IMG/VR virus record: IMGVR_UViG_3300042565_001918
DNA from: a virus
Strand: one strand, 5' to 3'
DNA length: 64,000 nucleotides
In this document: piece after piece, positions 57,004 to 64,000 of the stretch
How the letters are laid out: the number at the start of each line of letters is the position of its first letter
Numbering within the stretch: the stretch's first letter is position 1
Notes under the pieces: generated by a model
Told to the model about the DNA's origin: nothing
Databases searched by the model: none
What the model saw: only the letters and a program-made list of their open reading frames with translations
Translations under genes and position numbers: made by a program

Positions 57004-60000
57004 ATGAGTCAAACCATATTAATAAGTAGTATTACATTCAATGGTCAAATTGCAACCATTTTATTCAAACCTGATAATGACAATGTTGTTATTAATTTGG
57101 GTAATCATCTTTTACCATATTTGTTTGATTCATCATTATTAAATCCACCAAGAGAAATATATGGTACGTACACAATTTTAGTTTTAGGTACTGATGGAAG
57201 TTGTAATACGGATTGTCCGAATATAATGCAAGTTGTTAGACCTACACCTACACCAACACCGACTCCTACAATTACAAGAACACAAACACCATCAGTTACT
57301 CCAACTGTGACACCTACTTTAACCGTTGATCCATGTAAAATACCAACCCCAACTCCAACAACTACATCAACACCAACAATAACTCCAACTAATACTCCGA
57401 CACCAAGTGAAACTTGTACAAACCCATGTGGATGTCCTCAACCAAGTAAAACTCCAACTCCAACCAAAACACCGAAAATAAGTCCTACACCAACATCTGG
57501 ATTATGTTATCCAACACCAACATCCACTCAAACACCTACACCGACCTTATCATTCCCTTTTGCAACTCCAACAAATACACCAACAAATACAAACACTCCA
57601 ACTAAAACCGCGACTTTAACACCAACAAATACACCGCCATCGCCAACACCAACATCAACACCTATTTGTCCGTCTTGTACAACCGCCGGATTGTTACCAC
57701 AATCGGGTAATTCCGTAACATATAATGGTGTAACAATTTACGCCTCAAGTACCGGTTGTGTTAGATCGTACCCAAATTCTGGTCTTGGGATGGGGTGTCC
57801 ACTCCCTCCCCCTATTTCAAGTATTAACACTATTTGGTTAGGAAATTGCACCCCCGGTCCTGTCGGTCCATTTACATATACATTATCGTTCAGTGTACCT
57901 GTAAATGATATTGTAATAAGATTATATGGATACGATTCTGGTACAACAATTGTAGAATCATTTACATTTACAACAAATACCGGTAGTGGGATTCCCTCAA
58001 TATCATCTTGTAACTATTGTTGCGCAATTATTAGCGGTAATACAATAACGGCAGCATATACTTCACCAACTTGCTCTCCTTTTACCCCTTTAGGTACCGC
58101 CGGAAATGGTATTTTTAAAATATCTAATTCAACCTCTTTCACAACATTAACCGTTGTGGGTCCCGGAGGACTTGGTGGTACTTATATGGATATATGTACA
58201 GATTCAATTCAACCATCAATACCTGTATTGTCATGTAATTCAAGTGTTGTACCTCCAACAACAATAAATGGAATAACAATAACCGATTCGTTTACCGGTT
58301 CAGTTGGATTACACGCAAATCCATTTACTAGTTGTGGTAATGTTACAACTCCCGCAAATTCAAGATGGTTAGGTCAAAATGGTCCATTTAGTTATACAAT
58401 GAATTTTAGTTCTCCTGTAAATAATATTACAATATTTTTAACGGCAACAGGACAACTTAACAATGAAAATTTTGTTTTCACTACTAATACAGGTACGGGA
58501 ATACCAACAATTTCATCACCATCAAGTTGTTTTACGACAATATCAGGAAATCAAATTCTTTCCGGTGCGGGAGCTCCTATTACCGGAGGTGGGGGTAAAT
58601 TCTTAATACAAAATTCTGTCAACTTTACATCACTTACAATAACAGGTAGTGGTGTTAGTAGCGGTTCTTTATTATCAATATGTACAGATTCATTCCCTGT
58701 TAATTCTGTGTCTTTTGTTTTATTTGCAACATATTCATCTGGTTCGGTATCCTCTCTCTATGAATTATACATGGATCAACCTCTTGAAAAAGATATTATT
58801 TTAATTTTAAGAAATTATATATATTTAACATCGGGAGACCCAATTCAAATTGATACGTCAATATCCATATTGGCAGGAGAAACTAATGGGTCTATTATTC
58901 AAATAACCGATACTGATTATTCTCTACTGAATGGTGAATCAGTATTTGACGATTTTAGTATTATTTACGATGGTGAAATGTCATTCTCAATTGACACTTC
59001 TTATGTTTTTAATCCTCCAATTGTAACACCAACACCAACCAACACCCCAACAGTAACTTCAACTATTACACCAACCCCAACAATAACTTCCACCAATACT
59101 CCAACAACAACTCCAACTAATACACCAACAAACACAAGCACAATTACTCCAACAAATACGCCAACTATAACATCAACAAATACTCCAACAAATACGCCAA
59201 CTATAACATCAACAAATACTCCAACTAATACACCCACCCCCACAATAACTGAAACTCCAACTAACACTCCAACTAACACACCTACACCAACAGTAACTAA
59301 TACACCAACTTTAACAACAACACCAACTAATACCCCAACATTAACATCAACACCAAACTTGGTCACATCCGGATTAATTATACGATTAGACGCGTATGAT
59401 GAGTTAAGTTATTCGGGTTCAGGAACGAACGTTGTTAACTTACAAACACCAGGAACGTATGACCACACATTAACAGGTGCAACCTACACAATTCTTAATG
59501 GAATAAAATGTTTTGATTGTACGACAGGAACTAATAAGGTTGTTGTAAATGGAACAGGCCCTACCTTACCAACATCGGGATATACATATATTACTTGGGC
59601 TAGATTAGATTCAGACAATATCGCATCATTTAGAACACTACTTACCACAAACACACCTATATACACGCCAATTACAATTCCTAATGGAACAAATACGTTG
59701 GGTTATTGGGATACTGAATTTAGAAGTTCTGGATATGATTTATCTGGTCAAACTGATCTTTGGGTTCAGTACTCAGTGGTCGGGGATAGTTCATCACAAA
59801 CATTCTACATTAATAATATAGAAGTCGGTGATCCTATTTCTTTTGGTGCGGGTGGTACCACACATTGGACTTGGGGTAATAATCAGGGACCAAGTCAACC
59901 ATTTGGATATGTTGCCAATATGTTTTTCTATAATAGACAATTATCACTTTCTGAAATAACTCAACAATATAACTTCTTGGCCCCAAGATTTATTGAAGTA

Positions 60001-60801
60001 ACACCTACTCCCACACCAACAAATACCATAACATCAACCCCAACAGTAACACCAACTATTACTAATACTAATACTCCCACTAACACGACTACACCGACAC
60101 CAACCGGTACTCCAACAAACGAACCTGTTTTAAGAAATATTGTTTTATATTATGACCCAAGTAATTTATCAAGTTACCCTGGTACTGGTACAACAATAAA
60201 TGATTTATCAGGAAATGGATTAAATGGTTCAATGTCGGGTATTACATATACATCACCATATTTTTCATATAATGGAACTTCATCACAAGTTAGAGTTGAT
60301 GATAATACATTATTAGAACCAGGAAGTGGAGATTGGACTATGGAAGTGTGGGTTAATCAATCGGTTTTAGGTAATGATGTTGTACTTGGAAAATTTGATA
60401 ATGGAGGGTTAACTATAGATGTAAGTTATAGTATCAGAACAACTAATACCACATACTACGCTCAATTAGGTTCAGGTAGTGGTGCTGGGTCAACGTTATT
60501 TGTTAATAGTACAAACTACGTTGGAACGATTGGTACTTGGTATCAGATAGTTTATGTGTTTACTAATGTTTCGTCTAATACACTTGAAACATTTGTAAAT
60601 GGTGTAAGTATAGGAAGTGTGAGCCATAGTTTGGCAAGTATACTAAACACGGATAACCCACTTTACATTGGTAGTTACAATGGTGGTGAGTATTCTCAAT
60701 GGTTTGATGGAAAAATTGGTATTACTCGTTTATATAATACGGCACTTACCTCATCAGAGGTATTACAAAACTATAATGCCGATTATAGAAAATATATTTA
60801 A
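57004..60801 (+). CDS. Modular adhesin-like virion protein: PT tracts, duplicated beta domain, two LamG domains
   Basis: Three TPT tracts; two ~160 aa internal repeats ending in ICTDS; two LamG3-like domains (LDA...SYSGSG, WTMEVWV, F.GKIG..RLYN.ALT..EV.QNY). Confidence 0.8.
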   Translation: MSQTILISSITFNGQIATILFKPDNDNVVINLGNHLLPYLFDSSLLNPPREIYGTYTILVLGTDGSCNTDCPNIMQVVRPTPTPTPTPTITRTQTPSVTPTVTPTLTVDPCKIPTPTPTTTSTPTITPTNTPTPSETCTNPCGCPQPSKTPTPTKTPKISPTPTSGLCYPTPTSTQTPTPTLSFPFATPTNTPTNTNTPTKTATLTPTNTPPSPTPTSTPICPSCTTAGLLPQSGNSVTYNGVTIYASSTGCVRSYPNSGLGMGCPLPPPISSINTIWLGNCTPGPVGPFTYTLSFSVPVNDIVIRLYGYDSGTTIVESFTFTTNTGSGIPSISSCNYCCAIISGNTITAAYTSPTCSPFTPLGTAGNGIFKISNSTSFTTLTVVGPGGLGGTYMDICTDSIQPSIPVLSCNSSVVPPTTINGITITDSFTGSVGLHANPFTSCGNVTTPANSRWLGQNGPFSYTMNFSSPVNNITIFLTATGQLNNENFVFTTNTGTGIPTISSPSSCFTTISGNQILSGAGAPITGGGGKFLIQNSVNFTSLTITGSGVSSGSLLSICTDSFPVNSVSFVLFATYSSGSVSSLYELYMDQPLEKDIILILRNYIYLTSGDPIQIDTSISILAGETNGSIIQITDTDYSLLNGESVFDDFSIIYDGEMSFSIDTSYVFNPPIVTPTPTNTPTVTSTITPTPTITSTNTPTTTPTNTPTNTSTITPTNTPTITSTNTPTNTPTITSTNTPTNTPTPTITETPTNTPTNTPTPTVTNTPTLTTTPTNTPTLTSTPNLVTSGLIIRLDAYDELSYSGSGTNVVNLQTPGTYDHTLTGATYTILNGIKCFDCTTGTNKVVVNGTGPTLPTSGYTYITWARLDSDNIASFRTLLTTNTPIYTPITIPNGTNTLGYWDTEFRSSGYDLSGQTDLWVQYSVVGDSSSQTFYINNIEVGDPISFGAGGTTHWTWGNNQGPSQPFGYVANMFFYNRQLSLSEITQQYNFLAPRFIEVTPTPTPTNTITSTPTVTPTITNTNTPTNTTTPTPTGTPTNEPVLRNIVLYYDPSNLSSYPGTGTTINDLSGNGLNGSMSGITYTSPYFSYNGTSSQVRVDDNTLLEPGSGDWTMEVWVNQSVLGNDVVLGKFDNGGLTIDVSYSIRTTNTTYYAQLGSGSGAGSTLFVNSTNYVGTIGTWYQIVYVFTNVSSNTLETFVNGVSIGSVSHSLASILNTDNPLYIGSYNGGEYSQWFDGKIGITRLYNTALTSSEVLQNYNADYRKYI

Positions 60802-60821
60802 TTGTAATTCTATATTTCAAC

Positions 60822-60828
60822 TATTTAT
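60822..60828 (+). promoter_or_regulatory. Putative late promoter TATTTAT
   Basis: 5 nt before ATG 60834. Confidence 0.5.
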
Positions 60829-60833
60829 AGGAT

Positions 60834-61142
60834 ATGACACAAATCCAAATAAATTCCATAACGGGATCAGCATATCCGTATACTCTTTACGCTTGTGACG
60901 TTTATGGTAATCAATGTGTTTTAATTGCCACCATACCTTCTACAGCAACATTTCCATTAATCATTACATTACCACCACAATTTAATGGTGCCCCTGCGGT
61001 TGGATTAAAAATGATTGACTCTGTTGGTTGTGAATTATTCGGTATAATCTATTGTCAAGGTATTACTAAGGGTAAAATATTTGAGGATGGTGAAATATTC
61101 TTGTATATGGATGCGGAGATTTTCATTTTCCAATACCAATAA
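60834..61142 (+). CDS. Small Cys-containing protein, paralog of 12034..12363
   Basis: Same pattern as 12034..12363. Confidence 0.65.
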   Translation: MTQIQINSITGSAYPYTLYACDVYGNQCVLIATIPSTATFPLIITLPPQFNGAPAVGLKMIDSVGCELFGIIYCQGITKGKIFEDGEIFLYMDAEIFIFQYQ

Positions 61143-61154
61143 TCATTTTTACGA

Positions 61155-61161
61155 TATTTAT
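61155..61161 (+). promoter_or_regulatory. Putative late promoter TATTTAT
   Basis: 15 nt before ATG 61177. Confidence 0.55.
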
Positions 61162-61176
61162 TAATAAAAATATATA

Positions 61177-64000
61177 ATGGGATTTCAACGACTGACGGAT
61201 AGGACAATTGCCACAGGTGTATCACTTAATGATTTAATACATATCGTTATCACTGGTGACACGTCCCAAAATCCGGCAGGATCTTCTTATAAAGCAACAA
61301 TCGCACAAGTAGGTGCGGCAATCTCAAGTGTTGGCACATCAGGTACTAATGGTACATCAGGTACAAATGGAACCAGTGGTAATAATGGAACATCAGGAAC
61401 AGACGGAACATCAGGGACAGATGGTACTTCGGGTTCTGATGGAACTTCCGGATCTAACGGAACAGATGGTACTTCAGGTACTAATGGAACGAATGGGACG
61501 AATGGATCAGATGGAACTAGTGGTTCATCAGGATCTTCCGGAACTGACGGTTCTTCGGGAACTAATGGATCTTCCGGAACGAACGGTTCTTCAGGTACCA
61601 ACGGAACATCAGGTACTAATGGGACATCGGGAACTGATGGAACAAACGGATCCTCAGGAACTAATGGTACCGACGGAACTTCAGGTACAAATGGTACTAA
61701 TGGAAGTTCTGGAACAAATGGGACGGATGGGTCAAACGGAACCAACGGAACTTCAGGGACTAACGGAACTTCAGGGACTAACGGTACTTCAGGAACAGAT
61801 GGTACGAGCGGAACAGATGGTACAAGCGGAATTTCAGGAGTAAACGGAACTAGTGGTACAAATGGTACTAGCGGTACAGATGGTACAGATGGTACAGATG
61901 GTAGTTCAGGAACAAATGGTACTAGTGGAACAGATGGAACTAGCGGTACCGATGGGACAAGTGGAACTAACGGAACAGATGGAACTAGCGGTACTAATGG
62001 AACTAGCGGAACAGATGGAACAAGCGGTACAGATGGAACAAGCGGTACAGATGGAACAAGTGGTACAGATGGAACAAGCGGTACAGATGGAACAAGCGGT
62101 ACAGATGGTACGGATGGTTCAAGTGGAACTAATGGTACAAACGGAACTAGTGGTACCGATGGAACAAGTGGTACCAATGGAACAAGTGGTACAGATGGAA
62201 CTTCAGGTACGGACGGAACTTCAGGAACAGACGGAACTTCAGGAACAGACGGAACTTCAGGAACTAACGGTACAGATGGAACAAGTGGTACTGATGGAAC
62301 AAGTGGTACTGATGGGACTTCAGGGACAAATGGAACAAATGGTACTAGTGGAACTGATGGAACAAGCGGAACAGATGGAACTAGTGGAACTGATGGTACT
62401 TCAGGAACGGACGGAACTAGCGGAACTAATGGTACGGATGGAACTTCAGGGACTAATGGTACGGATGGAACTTCAGGGACTAATGGTACAAATGGAACTT
62501 CAGGAACAAATGGTACTAACGGAACAAACGGAACGAATGGTACATCGGGAACAAACGGTACTAATGGAACGGATGGAACGTCAGGAACTAATGGTACCAA
62601 TGGAACGTCAGGAACTAATGGTACCAATGGCACTAGCGGTACAAATGGAACTAATGGTACAAATGGAACTAGCGGAACTGATGGCACAAGTGGAACTAAC
62701 GGAACTGACGGTACTTCAGGAACTGACGGTACTTCAGGGACAAGCGGAACAGATGGTACTAATGGGTCTTCAGGGACTGACGGGACAAGCGGAACAGATG
62801 GAACAAATGGGTCTTCAGGAACAAACGGCACGGATGGTTCAAGCGGAACAGATGGTACTTCAGGTACTGATGGAACAAATGGATCTAGCGGAACCGATGG
62901 AACGAGTGGTACTTCAGGTACAGATGGAACTAGCGGCACTGATGGTACAAATGGTAGTTCGGGAACTGATGGAACAAATGGTTCAAGTGGAACGGATGGG
63001 ACTTCAGGTACAAATGGTACAAATGGTACAGATGGAACTTCAGGAACCAACGGTACAGACGGAACATCAGGTACTAATGGAACGGATGGTTCAAGCGGAA
63101 CAAATGGAACAGATGGTACTTCAGGTACTAACGGAACGGATGGTACAAGTGGAACAAACGGAACGGATGGAACTTCAGGGACAGATGGAACATCGGGAAC
63201 TAATGGTACTAATGGAACGAACGGAACAGATGGTACGAGCGGAACTAATGGAACAGATGGTACAAGCGGAACTAATGGAACAGATGGTTCAAGCGGAACT
63301 AATGGAACAGACGGAACTTCGGGGACAGACGGAACGAGTGGGACAGATGGAACTAGTGGAACAAACGGTACAGACGGAACTTCGGGGACTAACGGGACAG
63401 ATGGTACGGACGGAACTAGCGGAACTAATGGTACGGATGGTAGTTCGGGCACAAACGGTACAGATGGAACTTCAGGAACAAACGGAACGAATGGTACTGA
63501 CGGAACTAGTGGTACTGACGGAACTAGTGGAACTGACGGTACTAGTGGAACTGACGGAACTAGTGGGACTGACGGAACTAGTGGAACTAATGGTACTGAC
63601 GGAACTAGTGGAACGGATGGAAGTTCAGGAACAGACGGAACTAGCGGTACAAACGGTACGGATGGAACTTCAGGTACGGATGGAACGTCAGGAACGGATG
63701 GAACGTCAGGAACGAATGGTACAAACGGAACTAATGGTACCGATGGAACTAGCGGTACGGATGGAAGTAGTGGTACAGATGGAACAAGTGGTCTTTCAGG
63801 TGTTGATGGTACTGATGGAACTAGTGGTACTGACGGAACTGATGGGACTTCAGGAACAAACGGAACAGATGGTACTAGCGGTACTGACGGAACTAATGGA
63901 ACGTCGGGAACTGACGGAACTTCAGGAACAAACGGAACAGATGGTACTAGTGGTAGCGACGGAACCAGCGGAACTAATGGTACGGATGGGTCAAGTGGAA
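61177..64000 (+). CDS. Collagen-like Gly-Thr-(Ser/Asp/Asn) repeat fibre protein, 3' end outside window (not in the ORF track)
   Basis: ATG 61177 gives MGFQRLTDRTIATGVSLNDLIHIVITGDTSQNPAGSSYKATIAQVGAAISSV, then GTSGTNGTSGTD... with no stop seen to the window end (>940 codons). Confidence 0.88.
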   Translation, partial: MGFQRLTDRTIATGVSLNDLIHIVITGDTSQNPAGSSYKATIAQVGAAISSVGTSGTNGTSGTNGTSGNNGTSGTDGTSGTDGTSGSDGTSGSNGTDGTSGTNGTNGTNGSDGTSGSSGSSGTDGSSGTNGSSGTNGSSGTNGTSGTNGTSGTDGTNGSSGTNGTDGTSGTNGTNGSSGTNGTDGSNGTNGTSGTNGTSGTNGTSGTDGTSGTDGTSGISGVNGTSGTNGTSGTDGTDGTDGSSGTNGTSGTDGTSGTDGTSGTNGTDGTSGTNGTSGTDGTSGTDGTSGTDGTSGTDGTSGTDGTSGTDGTDGSSGTNGTNGTSGTDGTSGTNGTSGTDGTSGTDGTSGTDGTSGTDGTSGTNGTDGTSGTDGTSGTDGTSGTNGTNGTSGTDGTSGTDGTSGTDGTSGTDGTSGTNGTDGTSGTNGTDGTSGTNGTNGTSGTNGTNGTNGTNGTSGTNGTNGTDGTSGTNGTNGTSGTNGTNGTSGTNGTNGTNGTSGTDGTSGTNGTDGTSGTDGTSGTSGTDGTNGSSGTDGTSGTDGTNGSSGTNGTDGSSGTDGTSGTDGTNGSSGTDGTSGTSGTDGTSGTDGTNGSSGTDGTNGSSGTDGTSGTNGTNGTDGTSGTNGTDGTSGTNGTDGSSGTNGTDGTSGTNGTDGTSGTNGTDGTSGTDGTSGTNGTNGTNGTDGTSGTNGTDGTSGTNGTDGSSGTNGTDGTSGTDGTSGTDGTSGTNGTDGTSGTNGTDGTDGTSGTNGTDGSSGTNGTDGTSGTNGTNGTDGTSGTDGTSGTDGTSGTDGTSGTDGTSGTNGTDGTSGTDGSSGTDGTSGTNGTDGTSGTDGTSGTDGTSGTNGTNGTNGTDGTSGTDGSSGTDGTSGLSGVDGTDGTSGTDGTDGTSGTNGTDGTSGTDGTNGTSGTDGTSGTNGTDGTSGSDGTSGTNGTDGSSG
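61333..64000 (+). repeat. 9-bp coding tandem repeat ggN-acN-(tcN/agy/gay/aay)
   Basis: About 295 Gly-X-Y triplets with Gly at every third codon. Confidence 0.92.

Noticed and set aside
1280-60898. Numerous 60-130 aa ORFs nested in or antisense to long genes (e.g. 1280, 3442, 17487, 21646, 29652, 38170, 49882, 54082)
   Set aside because: Fully overlap well-supported CDSs and show no recognisable motifs.
61287-63452. 721 aa - strand ORF (VPLVPSVP...) and the + strand off-frame ORF 61313..61843
   Set aside because: Shadows of the Gly-Thr-X repeat. The real gene is the + frame from ATG 61177, which has an upstream promoter motif and a non-repetitive N-terminus.
1-64000. Stop-codon reassignment, as in some large phages
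   Set aside because: Portal, MCP, Gmd and other genes are full length and coding density is high under the standard code; TAG and TGA both end genes.
1-64000. tRNA, rRNA, introns, inteins, transposases or integrase
   Set aside because: Intergenic gaps are short and AT-rich with no cloverleaf seen; conserved genes are uninterrupted; no mobile-element motifs recognised.

Overview
A 64-kb, AT-rich, gene-dense segment of a large T4-like tailed phage (probably a myovirus), read in the standard genetic code. The host is probably a member of Bacteroidota, judging by a Flavobacterium-type ribosomal protein bS21, SprB repeats, a DUF4494-like gene and A-rich start regions without Shine-Dalgarno sequences. 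Layout: (1) 1-17.1 kb, + strand baseplate/tail-associated genes plus two mucin-like Thr/Pro-repeat proteins; (2) 17.1-25.1 kb, head module with portal, antisense bS21, prohead protease, acidic scaffold and gp23-like major capsid protein; (3) 25-33.6 kb, small putative head proteins, a baseplate spike gene and a gp55-like late sigma factor; (4) 33.6-49.6 kb, a - strand run with about 9 soluble glycosyltransferases, gmd + ColD-like + ColC/Fcl-like (a putative GDP-colitose pathway), a sugar aminotransferase/acetyltransferase pair, PhoH, dUTPase and a 3'-5' exonuclease; (5) 49.7-52.6 kb, WYL, LETM1-like and unknown genes; (6) 52.7-64 kb, large Cys-rich/LamG/PT-repeat proteins and a proline-free Gly-Thr-X collagen-like ORF that runs off the window end. 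Best candidate for a new system: phage-encoded glycosylation of its own virion fibres with rare deoxysugars. Also notable: a TATTTAT motif in front of 12 late genes, and an abrupt boundary inside the portal gene, left of which I found no GATC or TCGA sites in 18 kb. All family calls are from recognised motifs only; no searches were run.
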